Assembly (NCBI GenBank): GCA_035380125.1
Contig: DAOSWV010000013.1
Span: 1,140 to 65,139, forward strand
DNA from: Oscillospiraceae bacterium
GTDB lineage: Bacteria > Bacillota > Clostridia > Oscillospirales > JAKOTC01
DNA length: 64,000 nucleotides
Reading direction: 5' to 3'
Made by a program: the position numbers and the translations under genes
Shown here: positions 16,560 to 25,190 of the stretch, one piece after another
Layout: every line of letters begins with the position of its first letter
Numbering within the stretch: position 1 is the stretch's first letter
The notes under the pieces: model-generated
Databases searched by the model: none
What the model saw: the letters and a program-made list of their open reading frames with translations, nothing else
What the model was told of the DNA's origin: nothing

Positions 16560-17389
16560 ATACGCACCTCCTGTACCTGTTTCAGAAGACGGGTAAACAG
16601 TTTATTCGTTTCAATATCTTGCAAAGAGGCAACTTGTGCCGCCGCACACAGAGCCGCCAGTTTTTCGCTGTATGGGATTCGGCAGAGAATCGGAATTTGA
16701 TTCTGTGTGCAGAATAAATCGAGCGGCGCATAATCCCCGTCGGTTTTGTTGATGACGATTCCGAGCGGCTTTTGAAACAGGCGGACGAGTTCATATACCA
16801 TTTCGAGGTTGTGCAGTCCAAAAGAAGTCGGTTCGGCGACCAGAATGCAAAAATCCGCATCCGCCACACTTTCCATTACCGCGCAGGAACTGCCGGGCGG
16901 GCAGTCAATGATCGTCAGCGCTTTCGGCTTTGCCATTTGCAGCGCCGCCTTGATAACGGGGATAGCGGAGGCCTCGCCGAGGTTGAGCACACCCGTGACG
17001 ACTTGTGTGTTTTGATATTTGCCGGTTTCGATTATTCCCACCGAACGTTCGGTTTCGGCGACGGCGCGGCTCGGACACACTAAAGCACAGCCACCGCAGG
17101 CGTGGCAGACCTCCGGAAACACCATGGGTTTGTCTTTGATAAATACCAGTGCGTTGAATCTGCAAAAATCCACGCATTTTCGGCAGCCGATACATTTTGT
17201 TTCGTTAAAAGCGGGGAGCATGGTGTAAACTGGTTCCCGCTCCGGATTTTCGGGTTTGAGAAAAAGCCGGCCGTTCGGTTCTTCGACGTCGCAGTCAATG
17301 TAGGTCGCATGGCCGGCGGCGGAGGCAAGGTTGACGCTGACAAAAGTCTTTCCTGCGCCGCCTTTTCCGCTGAGTACCGCGATTTTCAT
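16556..17389 (-). CDS. MinD/ParA-superfamily P-loop ATPase with an inserted ferredoxin domain (paralogue)
   Basis: VLSGKGGAGKTF, CIGCRKCVDFC and CHACGGCALVCP. It has 4-nt overlaps with both neighbouring genes. Confidence 0.85.
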   Translation of the reverse strand: MKIAVLSGKGGAGKTFVSVNLASAAGHATYIDCDVEEPNGRLFLKPENPEREPVYTMLPAFNETKCIGCRKCVDFCRFNALVFIKDKPMVFPEVCHACGGCALVCPSRAVAETERSVGIIETGKYQNTQVVTGVLNLGEASAIPVIKAALQMAKPKALTIIDCPPGSSCAVMESVADADFCILVAEPTSFGLHNLEMVYELVRLFQKPLGIVINKTDGDYAPLDLFCTQNQIPILCRIPYSEKLAALCAAAQVASLQDIETNKLFTRLLKQVQEVRI

Positions 17390-17748
17390 TGTTTTCCATG
17401 AAAGCCGGGATGAAAATTGTTCAGAAGTTCCAGTCTTCCGGCTTTCAGATCAGCGAGATTTTGACCGGCATCGCCGCCGGAACTCTTGTAAATTTCAATG
17501 CCTGCGGCTTTGAGCACCTGCGCGGCGTTTTCTCCGCAGCGGGGGGTGATGAGCGCTTTGGCGCCTCTGTCGACGACAACCTGCGCCGCTTTGATTCCGG
17601 CGCCGCCCTGTGCGTTTGCCGCCTCGTTGACAACCGTTTCGGATTTGCCCGTCTCGGTATCATAAAAAAGGAAAAACGGTGCTCTGCCGAAAGAGACGCA
17701 GACGCTTGTGCTTTCACTGTTTTCATTGACTGGAATCGCTGTAATCAT
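17386..17748 (-). CDS. NifX/NifB-C-terminal-like domain protein
   Basis: VSFGRAPFFLFYDTETG...GGAGIKAAQVVVDRGAKALITPRCGENA, pattern of the NifX-NifB superfamily. Confidence 0.75.
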   Translation of the reverse strand: MITAIPVNENSESTSVCVSFGRAPFFLFYDTETGKSETVVNEAANAQGGAGIKAAQVVVDRGAKALITPRCGENAAQVLKAAGIEIYKSSGGDAGQNLADLKAGRLELLNNFHPGFHGKQ

Positions 17749-17813
17749 ATATTTATGACCATCCTTTCAAAGCGTCAGCCGGAGTGCGCTCCGGCTGACC
17801 TCCGTGTTCTGCT

Positions 17814-18056
17814 TTAACGGTCCAGCAATTGCTCTTCGATTGCCGAGAGCTCATCCTGAAGCAGTCTTTTTCGCGCGTTCAGCACTTCTTTTGAATCCAC
17901 CGCAGTATAACGGCGAAACCCGCGCCCACTGCCATAACCGCGGCCAAGACCGCAGCCATACCGAAAAAATCCGGTTGTACCGCTGGTACACTTACCAAGA
18001 GCGCGGCCGGTTTTAGGACCGAGCCCCAGCGGACCCGTACCATCCATTCCGGGCAT
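17814..18056 (-). CDS. DUF5320-like small protein (Gly/Arg-rich N-terminus, C-terminal coiled coil)
   Basis: MPGMDGTGPLGLGPKTGRALG...GRGYGSGRGFRR...LQDELSAIEEQL. The ATG at 18056 has an AGGAGG RBS 8 nt upstream. The GTG at 18065 lies inside the RBS. Confidence 0.65.
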   Translation of the reverse strand: MPGMDGTGPLGLGPKTGRALGKCTSGTTGFFRYGCGLGRGYGSGRGFRRYTAVDSKEVLNARKRLLQDELSAIEEQLLDR

Positions 18057-18080
18057 AATCGACACCTCCTTTCAAGTAAA

Positions 18081-18092
18081 CGACATATGCCA
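18081..18092. promoter_or_regulatory. imperfect copy of the palindromic box (CGACATATGCCA)
   Basis: It matches the perfect box at 18119-18130 in 10 of 12 positions. It lies just downstream of the minus-strand -10 element. Confidence 0.4.
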
Positions 18093-18103
18093 TTTATAAA
18101 ACT

Positions 18104-18131
18104 ATTATACCCCATAAATGACATATGTCAA
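18104..18131 (-). promoter_or_regulatory. sigma-A promoter of the DUF5320/NifX-like/MinD operon
   Basis: On the minus strand: TTGACA (complement of 18126-18131), 16 nt, TATAAT (complement of 18104-18109). Confidence 0.6.
18119..18130. promoter_or_regulatory. perfect 12-bp palindrome TGACATATGTCA (candidate Crp/Fnr-type operator)
   Basis: The sequence is self-complementary and overlaps the -35 of the minus-strand promoter. It lies 10 nt upstream of the -35 of the crp-like gene promoter. Confidence 0.5.
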
Positions 18132-18139
18132 TAACTTTA

Positions 18140-18167
18140 TTGACATTTTTCTAAAAAAATTTATAAT
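18140..18167 (+). promoter_or_regulatory. sigma-A promoter of the Crp/Fnr-family regulator gene
   Basis: TTGACA (18140-18145), 16 nt, TATAAT (18162-18167). Confidence 0.6.
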
Positions 18168-18189
18168 TAAAAAGAATGGAGGGATTTCT

Positions 18190-18846
18190 TTGAGCATATC
18201 CGCCTTTTTCCCGATATGGGATAAACTGAGCGCTGAGGAGAAAGAGACGCTCGAAAACGCCGCGCAGCCGCGTTTTGCAAAAAAGGGAACATTGGTTTAC
18301 GGCGGTTCCTCCGATTGCATCGGGTTGTTTGTCATCCGTTCGGGACAGCTGCGGGCATACATATTATCCGACGAGGGCAGGGAAGTTACGATTTATCGCC
18401 TGTTCGAGCGGGACATCTGCCTGTTTTCCGCTTCCTGTATGATGTCCAGCATTCAATTCGAAATTGCAATCGAAGCCGAAAAAGACACCGAACTCTGGGT
18501 GATTCCGACGGCTGTTTATAAAAATCTGATGGAGAAATCCGCCGTTATTGCCAATTATACCAACGAGATTATGGCTTCGCGCTTTTCGGAAGTGATGTGG
18601 CTGATCGAACAGATTATGTGGAAGAGTTTCGATAAACGGTTGGCTGCGTTTTTATTGGAAGAAAGCATCCTCGATGATTCAGGGGCGTTGAAGATCACCC
18701 ATGAAAAAATCGCAAATCATTTGGGAACGGCACGCGAGGTCGTGACAAGAATGTTGAATTATTTCCAGTCGGAAGATATGATCACCCTGACGCGCGGAGA
18801 GATTAAGATCAAAGACCGAAAACGGCTGGAGGCACTTGCGGAATAA
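18190..18846 (+). CDS. Crp/Fnr-family transcriptional regulator
   Basis: A cNMP-binding-like N-terminal half and a C-terminal HTH (ITHEKIANHLGTAREVVTRMLNYF). The TTG start at 18190 follows a GGAGGG RBS. The track start at 18118 lies inside the promoter. Confidence 0.8.
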   Translation: MSISAFFPIWDKLSAEEKETLENAAQPRFAKKGTLVYGGSSDCIGLFVIRSGQLRAYILSDEGREVTIYRLFERDICLFSASCMMSSIQFEIAIEAEKDTELWVIPTAVYKNLMEKSAVIANYTNEIMASRFSEVMWLIEQIMWKSFDKRLAAFLLEESILDDSGALKITHEKIANHLGTAREVVTRMLNYFQSEDMITLTRGEIKIKDRKRLEALAE

Positions 18847-18852
18847 AAAACG

Positions 18853-18887
18853 AATCCGCCGTCCGGTGCAACTCCGGGCGGCGGATT
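18853..18887. terminator. bidirectional terminator between crp-like and trxA
   Basis: AATCCGCCGTCCGG / CCGGGCGGCGGATT stem. The A-run on the plus strand gives a T-run for the minus-strand trxA transcript. Confidence 0.7.
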
Positions 18888-18956
18888 TAAGCAACCGCAC
18901 ATGATGGGGATTGATCATTCGTCAAACGAATGGTAGCGGTTGTTATGAGGAAGAGA

Positions 18957-19265
18957 TTAGGCGAGCATTGAGAGGATTTGCTGTTTGGGTCTGGCACCCA
19001 ATGCTTGATTGGTGATTTTGCCGTCTTTGATGACGACAAGCGTCGGAATGCTCATGATGTTGAACGCAGCGGCCAGTTCGCGCTGTTCGTCTACATTGAC
19101 CTTGCCGACTTTGATGGTCGGGGTTTCATTGGAAATTTCATCAACGACCGGAGAGACCATCCGACAGGGGCCGCACCAAGAAGCCCAGAAATCAAGCAAA
19201 ACAGGGATTTTGCTTTCCATAACTTCTTTTTGGAAATTGTCTTTTGTGATGTGGATGACTGACAT
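18957..19265 (-). CDS. trxA: thioredoxin
   Basis: WCGPC active site ([13 protein letters not shown]), about 102 aa. The start is the ATG at 19265, with an AGGAGG RBS. Confidence 0.93.
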   Translation of the reverse strand: MSVIHITKDNFQKEVMESKIPVLLDFWASWCGPCRMVSPVVDEISNETPTIKVGKVNVDEQRELAAAFNIMSIPTLVVIKDGKITNQALGARPKQQILSMLA

Positions 19266-19302
19266 AAAATTACCTCCTGTCATGTACGGTTAAAAGTTTT
19301 AT

Positions 19303-19533
19303 TTATGAAAGTGAAAGCGCGCCCATCGGGCAGAAGCGAACACATTTGCCGCAGCTGATACATTTGCTGTCGTCGACAGTAGGTGCTGCGAAACCTGTTT
19401 GTGACAATGCTTGTGTCGGACACACCCGAACCGAGGGGCAGGGGTGGTTTTGCGGGCAGCGGTGTTTGTTGACCTGAAGTTTGTTATTGGACTGAGCGGG
19501 TGTTTCTTGTTTGTTTGAGAAACCGAAAGGCAT
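19303..19533 (-). CDS. small ferredoxin-like Cys-rich protein
   Basis: CISCGKCVRFCP [4Fe-4S] motif, plus upstream Cys-Pro pairs (CPQNHPCPSVRVCP). Confidence 0.6.
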   Translation of the reverse strand: MPFGFSNKQETPAQSNNKLQVNKHRCPQNHPCPSVRVCPTQALSQTGFAAPTVDDSKCISCGKCVRFCPMGALSLS

Positions 19534-19672
19534 TTTGGAATCACGTCTCCTTCGTGGGATTATGGTTGTATTATAAACCGCCGCAGGATTGCCTTCCGTG
19601 ATAAACTCACATATGAAAAACAGACCCTCCGGAATGTTGATTCAGGGGGCTTATCATGCTCATAATCTTCGT

Positions 19673-20536
19673 TTAGTATGTAAAGTATTCGGTATCAATC
19701 CAAAGCGGGATGAACTTGAACTCATTAATTATTTTCCTGCGATATTCGCCGTCTTTGAATATTTTTTGTGCACCGCGCATTTCGGGTTTGATATTATATT
19801 CATAACCTTTTAGATTTTCAATAAAGCCATTAAAAAATTCTTTCGCTTCAATTTCTTTTTCAAGTTTAAAATAACACTCCATAATCATTGCAAGAGTAAA
19901 TAGATCTATATGCCACTTTTGAAAAGTGGTTTCACTTAGCTGATAAGTTAGTTCATATTCGGAGCATAAAAAAGATAATGCCAAAACATCCGGCTCTAAA
20001 TCCAGACAACCATTGTTTATAATTTCAAAGAGGACATCTCTTCCTTTATTATGATCTGTTTGCCAAACCGAAAATGCGTATGCGAGTTTTACTGCAAACC
20101 GATCATCCTCATTTTCGCATAAATTCCATGAATTTTGAAAATGAGCGGCAGCTTTTTCGAATTCCTCAATTTTATAATAAGAAGATGCAAGAAGATAGTG
20201 GCTTATAAAGACGTCGGATACTTCCAGCGCTTTTTGGAACCAAACAACTGCTTCGTTATATTGATGTTTCATATTTGCAATGCGCCCGAGATACATGAGA
20301 TTTTCAAATAATGCGCTATTTTGCTCATGAGCTCTTCGTAAATATTTCAGACTGAGTGCGTTTGCGCTTCGGACTTTACCCTCCGGTGTTTCTGTTCCGT
20401 ACATGTAGTAATACACGCCGAGATTGTGATACGAAACAGGGCCGGGATATTTTTTTGCATTTGCTTTGAATTTCTTCTGCGCCTGATAACAAGGCCCATA
20501 CTTTTTTAAATATTTTACTGTGGTTTTATTTGACAA
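19673..20536 (-). CDS. TPR/Sel1-like repeat protein, function unknown
   Basis: All-helical with repeated A..YY/.A...F..A.. patterns. The gene is clearly AT-richer than its flanks. No signal peptide. Confidence 0.55.
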   Translation of the reverse strand: MSNKTTVKYLKKYGPCYQAQKKFKANAKKYPGPVSYHNLGVYYYMYGTETPEGKVRSANALSLKYLRRAHEQNSALFENLMYLGRIANMKHQYNEAVVWFQKALEVSDVFISHYLLASSYYKIEEFEKAAAHFQNSWNLCENEDDRFAVKLAYAFSVWQTDHNKGRDVLFEIINNGCLDLEPDVLALSFLCSEYELTYQLSETTFQKWHIDLFTLAMIMECYFKLEKEIEAKEFFNGFIENLKGYEYNIKPEMRGAQKIFKDGEYRRKIINEFKFIPLWIDTEYFTY

Positions 20537-20891
20537 ATTGATAAGCGTTCACCACTTTCAAATTCATTGAATCTTCCGCTTGAATAGATTGATTACCCTT
20601 TTGCTGTCTTCGCGCATTTCATAGGATACACTACCACATTACCAAAGAATTGTCAATTTAACGGGGTAATCATAAATTATCGTTTTAGGCAAAACTAGCG
20701 CTGAAAACCATTGAATGAAAGTGAAAATTTTTACGCGTTATATAAAAGGGAGAAATCAATATGAAAAATCAACAGCAGAGAATCAATTGATGGTATTCCG
20801 GCGAATTTTTCACAGATCAGCGAATAGAGCGACTGCGATTGCGGGAAGGAAAATAGAGCTGAGAATATTGCAAGGTTTGTAAATTTTTTCA

Positions 20892-20920
20892 TTGACACAC
20901 GATTTGTCAGGTGATATAAT
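20892..20920 (+). promoter_or_regulatory. consensus sigma-A promoter
   Basis: TTGACA (20892-20897), 17 nt, TATAAT (20915-20920), 35 nt upstream of the lipoprotein ATG. Confidence 0.7.
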
Positions 20921-20955
20921 CAATTCAAACTTAGTGTTTGTGAGGGGATTATTTT

Positions 20956-21528
20956 ATGAAAAAATTCATTGCGGCAGCACTGCTGCTTGTCCTTGTTGTG
21001 TCCATGCTCGGCTGCTCCACATCGGGACCTGCCACAAGAGGTACGGTAACCAATGGGGTTTACACCAACGACTATTTCGGACTGTCTTTTGTCATTCCGG
21101 ACGGATGGAAAGCGCTTTCGGATGAGGAATATGCTGCGAAATTCCCCTATCCGCTGCCCACCAACGAGGAATTGGCGGAATTCGAAAGCGAATTTAAAGA
21201 TTTGCGCATCGAAAAAGTCGCGGATGACACGGATTATATCATCATCTCGTACAGCATGCTGTTCGACAAGGGTTCAACCGATAACCAGATTAAGAATAAA
21301 ATTGCCATGGTCGCAAGCTCCCTGCAGTTTGGCATAATCGATCCGATCACAATCGGCGATGCTGAATATTCAATCATGGCAGGTACCGCTGAAGACAGCA
21401 CAAAGACGACTTACTACATTTGGAGCAAGGAAATGATCGGAAAGTTCCGTCCGTTGATTTGGGTTGTGGTTGACAGCAACGAATCCATCGATAATATTGT
21501 ATCGGGTTTCTCGACCATATCGGAATAA
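20956..21528 (+). CDS. putative lipoprotein
   Basis: MKKFIAAALLLVLVVSMLGCS, a signal peptide with lipobox. Confidence 0.7.
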   Translation: MKKFIAAALLLVLVVSMLGCSTSGPATRGTVTNGVYTNDYFGLSFVIPDGWKALSDEEYAAKFPYPLPTNEELAEFESEFKDLRIEKVADDTDYIIISYSMLFDKGSTDNQIKNKIAMVASSLQFGIIDPITIGDAEYSIMAGTAEDSTKTTYYIWSKEMIGKFRPLIWVVVDSNESIDNIVSGFSTISE

Positions 21529-21538
21529 TTGACAGCAG

Positions 21539-21572
21539 AAAAACCCCCTGCAGGATAACTGCAGGGGGTTTT
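21539..21572. terminator. bidirectional rho-independent terminator
   Basis: AAAAACCCCCTGCAG-GATAA-CTGCAGGGGGTTTT. Confidence 0.8.
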
Positions 21573-21573
21573 G

Positions 21574-22188
21574 TTATTGCTTGCTCGCCATCCCGTTTTT
21601 GAGGATGTCCAATAGCGTATCTACGTTTTCCAGGATTTTTTCATCCTCCAGATCCGGAGAAATCACGGTGTCGATTTTATTCATCAGAGTGGAGATGATA
21701 AACGCGGTTGTCTGAACGGGCAGATCCTCACGGAGTTCACCGGCTTCTTTGGCGCGCAGGATCATCTGTTCCATCATATTTTCCATCATGCCGCCGAAAC
21801 CGGCGTTGATGACCTCCCGAATATCGTTTTCCTCCTCCAAAATCCGCTGAAACAATGCGTGATAGCGGGGTTCGGCCTTGGCAAAGCGCAGTCCGACCAC
21901 GGCCTTTTGACGAAAATTTTCGAAAAAGCCGGTATCTTTTGTTTGGGCTTCGTATTCTTGAAATGTGGCTACTTTCTCGCCGGCGATTTTAATGAGCAAA
22001 GACAGGTAGAGTTCCAGTTTATCGTGAAACCGGTAATAAAAACTGCCTTTGTTCATTTCGGCTGCTTTTAGTATCTCGTTCAGCGAGGCCTCTTTGTACG
22101 AATGGGCGGCAAACTCATTCAGCGCCGCTTCAAAAAGCGCCGCATTTGTCTCGAGCGGATTTTGCGCTCCCTCTTCAATCCATTTCAT
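21574..22188 (-). CDS. TetR/AcrR-family transcriptional regulator
   Basis: N-terminal HTH pattern (EFAAHSYKEASLNEILKAAEMNKGSFYYRFHDKLELY). It is the last gene of the ABC-2 operon. Confidence 0.85.
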   Translation of the reverse strand: MKWIEEGAQNPLETNAALFEAALNEFAAHSYKEASLNEILKAAEMNKGSFYYRFHDKLELYLSLLIKIAGEKVATFQEYEAQTKDTGFFENFRQKAVVGLRFAKAEPRYHALFQRILEEENDIREVINAGFGGMMENMMEQMILRAKEAGELREDLPVQTTAFIISTLMNKIDTVISPDLEDEKILENVDTLLDILKNGMASKQ

Positions 22189-22206
22189 GCAATCTCCAAA
22201 TGGTGC

Positions 22207-22344
22207 TTATTCGTCTTCGGCCAGTTTTTGCCGCGCCGCCTTTTTTTCCTGCTGCTTTTTCAGCCATTTCGGCGCATAAATGATCTTGAGCGTGACGAGC
22301 CCGACAACGCCCGCCACGATCAGAACCCACCAATACCATTTCAT
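22207..22344 (-). CDS. 45-aa single-TM small protein (not in the ORF track)
   Basis: My own translation is MKWYWWVLIVAGVVGLVTLKIIYAPKWLKKQQEKKAARQKLAEDE. An AAGGAG RBS lies 8 nt upstream. It sits between the permease and TetR genes with 17-18-nt gaps. Confidence 0.5.
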   Translation of the reverse strand: MKWYWWVLIVAGVVGLVTLKIIYAPKWLKKQQEKKAARQKLAEDE

Positions 22345-22361
22345 ACAAACAACTCCTTTCA

Positions 22362-23351
22362 TTATCTGCCGATTCGGATTTTGGTTTTCTTTGCGAAGTA
22401 AAACGCCATCATTAAAAACCAGGGTGTGCCCACTGCCAGCGACATCAGGCAGGGGAAGAGCATTGCGCCGCCGTTGTTGATCGCATCAATTGCGCGATAC
22501 TGCCAGTACATCGGGAAGATATAATAGGCGATCCGCCAGTTTCCGTGTACAAAGAACGCTGAAATGGGCAGAATCATTGAAATCGGCATCAGCGCTTTCA
22601 TCACGCCGACTGCGGCAATTTGGTTCGCGGCGAACGCGCCGATAAGGAAGATAAACAGCCCCGAAACCGGAACGCTGAACAGGGCCAGCAGCAGGAATCC
22701 GGGCAACGCCTGTCCTCTGCCCATGATGAGTGTCGCGATCGTGATTCCCGCGATACTCAACACCAGTGACGGAATCAGTTTGATCAGAATATAGTTGGCC
22801 AATTTGAGCGGACTGACCGAGACCGCGCTGATCATATTGCTCTCGCGCTCGTTGACGATGGAAAACCCGATGGTCGCGCCGCCGATAAACAGGCTCATCA
22901 GCAATATTGCGATCATGGAGACATTATAGGCCAAGCTGCCTTTGGGTTCGATCGATTCTGCCTGATAGGAGACTTGGGCGCCGGAGAGGGCAGTCTGTAC
23001 CAGTTGGCGTGTTCCCGCCATATAGTCGTCCCCTTCGTCGCCGGCAAATACCAGCACAGGTGCACCGTCTTCGATGACGATCCCGGCTACGGCGTCGGTG
23101 GCACGGACGCGGGACAAGAGTTTGGTTTCATCCGAAAACAACTCGATATCGGCGATGCGTGACAGCATTTCGACAGCGCCTGCGTCGGCCTGATCGCTGA
23201 CCGCGAGTTTGAGCGACGCGCTTTGAGTTGCGCCGAAAATAAGGATAAAAACGATTGCCAAGATCGCCGGAGCCAGTGCCATGAACAGCGAGATGCCGTT
23301 GCGGAAAACCAGCTTAAATTCTTTGCCGAGGGAGGTTATAATCGCTTTCAT
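22362..23351 (-). CDS. ABC-2 type transporter permease
   Basis: Polytopic membrane protein. The start MKAIITSLGKEF at 23351 overlaps the upstream stop (ATGA). The track start at 23522 lies inside the upstream gene. Confidence 0.75.
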   Translation of the reverse strand: MKAIITSLGKEFKLVFRNGISLFMALAPAILAIVFILIFGATQSASLKLAVSDQADAGAVEMLSRIADIELFSDETKLLSRVRATDAVAGIVIEDGAPVLVFAGDEGDDYMAGTRQLVQTALSGAQVSYQAESIEPKGSLAYNVSMIAILLMSLFIGGATIGFSIVNERESNMISAVSVSPLKLANYILIKLIPSLVLSIAGITIATLIMGRGQALPGFLLLALFSVPVSGLFIFLIGAFAANQIAAVGVMKALMPISMILPISAFFVHGNWRIAYYIFPMYWQYRAIDAINNGGAMLFPCLMSLAVGTPWFLMMAFYFAKKTKIRIGR

Positions 23352-24316
23352 GCTCTGACCTCCTTTAAAAACAACTTGGAGACCATTAAAGAAGCGATAA
23401 GATAGGAGATAATCAGCCAGCCGACCATGGACAGAATCGTGTAGAGCGTTTCGGGCGTGCCGCCGAACAGGGATTTTTGGAAGGCGAACAGAATCGGATA
23501 GGACGGGATGAACTTCATCCACAGCGGTGAGAAGGCGGGGGTGGTATAGGAAATAACCGGAAGCATATTGATGCCGAGCAGCACTACCATTGAGAAAAAC
23601 CAGCCGCTCATCTCATGAAACAATGTTGTATACGCCAGCCCGATCAGCGTGAAGATCAGCGTACCGAAAAAGGCCAGCGGGAGAAAAACATCCCATGCGA
23701 TGTCAAAGCCGATGGTGAAAACGCAGATTAGAGTTGCATATAACGTCCCGATGACTGAAAACAGAAGTGATTTTGAGATCAAATACCTTGCCGTTCCGGT
23801 CGGGGAAATACGCAGAACATTGACGGTGCCGTCCTCTTTTTCGGCGAGCATCAGTGCACCGCCTAAGATAAAGCCCGTGAGCAGGGCTTCAAAGCAGATA
23901 AAAATAGGCGATATCCGCAAATTGAACGGGATGACCTCGGTCTGTGCGTTTAAAATTTCAACCGAGATTTCCTGAGAACCCGCACCGCTCAGCATCAGCA
24001 TCACGGCGTTCAGCGTTTTTTCGGAGAGTCCGGGATGGACGACGGTGAGGCCGTCGCTGCCGCCGATCAGACCGATCATGCCGCCGTCGCTTACGGCTTC
24101 GCGCAGGGCTTCTTCGCTGTCCATGACCTCGCCGTAAAGCGCGCCGTTGGTCAGATTATAGGTGACGATGTTGAATTCTTCCGGGGCGATTTCCGACGGA
24201 AGCGCCAAATTCACCACCAGTACGATCACCACGAGCGTGCCTGCCAGCACCCAGAACAGTGCGTTGGTCAGCAGCCGTTTGAAGTCCTGTACGCATAAAA
24301 AGAATACGCTTTTCAT
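23348..24316 (-). CDS. ABC-2 type transporter permease
   Basis: Polytopic membrane protein that overlaps the ATPase gene stop by 4 nt. Confidence 0.75.
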   Translation of the reverse strand: MKSVFFLCVQDFKRLLTNALFWVLAGTLVVIVLVVNLALPSEIAPEEFNIVTYNLTNGALYGEVMDSEEALREAVSDGGMIGLIGGSDGLTVVHPGLSEKTLNAVMLMLSGAGSQEISVEILNAQTEVIPFNLRISPIFICFEALLTGFILGGALMLAEKEDGTVNVLRISPTGTARYLISKSLLFSVIGTLYATLICVFTIGFDIAWDVFLPLAFFGTLIFTLIGLAYTTLFHEMSGWFFSMVVLLGINMLPVISYTTPAFSPLWMKFIPSYPILFAFQKSLFGGTPETLYTILSMVGWLIISYLIASLMVSKLFLKEVRA

Positions 24317-25161
24317 GCGGTCAGCTCCTTTCCGGTGACACGCAAAAAGATTTCTTCCAAAGTCGCCTCCTGCGAATGGAGTTTGATGACGTCTGCGGTT
24401 TTTAAAAATGCAGCCAGCCCGGCTTTGTCGTCCATCGGGAAGAAACGTTCGCTTTCGGCACCGTTTTCCCGGTAAAGAACCCGGATTTCGCGCTTTCCGA
24501 AGCGCAGTTTTAAAGCGTCGGGCGAATCGCTGGCCGCGATGACCCCGCCGTAGAGGAATGCCACGGTATCGCAGAGCGCGTCGGCGAGTTCCATGTTGTG
24601 GGTCGTCAGAAAAATGGCGGCGCCTTGTTCACGCTGTGCGCGGATCAGTTCCCGGATGCCGACGGCGGTTTTCGGGTCGAGGCCGCCGGTGGGTTCGTCC
24701 AAAAACAGATACTTGGGTTTGTTGATCAACGCCCGCGCAAAGGTGAGCCGCTGCTTCATGCCCTTGGAGTAGTTGGAAACGCGTTTGTTGGCGTCTTCAC
24801 GCAGGCCGACCTGTTCGAGCAGTTCCATCGGATTTAGCGTCGGCACCGAAAACAGCGCGGCGTAATAGCGCAGGTTTTCGAGGCCGGTCAGCGAGGAATA
24901 GAGGTTCGGCTGCTCGAATGACACGCCGATTTGGTTGAAAAAGCGCGTTTTCAGTTCGCGGACCGACTTGCCCTCGTAGGTGATCTCGCCTTTTTGCAGC
25001 GCCAAAAGACCGGTCATGATGTTCTGGATCGTCGATTTGCCCGCGCCGGACGGCCCGAGAAATCCGAAAATTTTACCGCTTTCGACCTGAAAGCTGATGT
25101 CCGAGACGGCGCATTTGCCCTTGCCCTCGTAGTCGTGATACACATGGCTGACTTGAATCAT
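24313..25161 (-). CDS. ABC transporter ATP-binding protein
   Basis: Walker A GPSGAGKST, signature SKGMKQR and Walker B LFLDEP. The start at 25161 (MIQVSHVY) has an AAGGAGGG RBS. Confidence 0.9.
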   Translation of the reverse strand: MIQVSHVYHDYEGKGKCAVSDISFQVESGKIFGFLGPSGAGKSTIQNIMTGLLALQKGEITYEGKSVRELKTRFFNQIGVSFEQPNLYSSLTGLENLRYYAALFSVPTLNPMELLEQVGLREDANKRVSNYSKGMKQRLTFARALINKPKYLFLDEPTGGLDPKTAVGIRELIRAQREQGAAIFLTTHNMELADALCDTVAFLYGGVIAASDSPDALKLRFGKREIRVLYRENGAESERFFPMDDKAGLAAFLKTADVIKLHSQEATLEEIFLRVTGKELTA

Positions 25162-25190
25162 ATAAAACCCTCCTTGACGGTTGCCAAGCT

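Noticed and set aside
18118-18189. The track start of the Crp/Fnr ORF at 18118 (MTYVNNFIDIFLKKFIIKKNGG…).
   Set aside because: This N-terminal extension would be translated from the promoter itself (TTGACA-16-TATAAT at 18140-18167) and the palindromic box. A TTG with a GGAGGG RBS at 18190 is the more plausible start.
20761-20790. A tiny ORF (MKNQQQRIN) in the long intergenic region upstream of the TPR gene.
   Set aside because: It has nine codons, no convincing RBS and no conservation argument available. It is most likely a chance ORF.
22362-25161. The ABC-2 transporter considered as the missing polysaccharide exporter for the glycan region.
   Set aside because: It lies 16 kb away and forms its own operon with a TetR repressor and matching operators. 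This is the hallmark of a drug or lipid efflux unit rather than a Wzm/Wzt-type glycan exporter. No glycan genes are adjacent.
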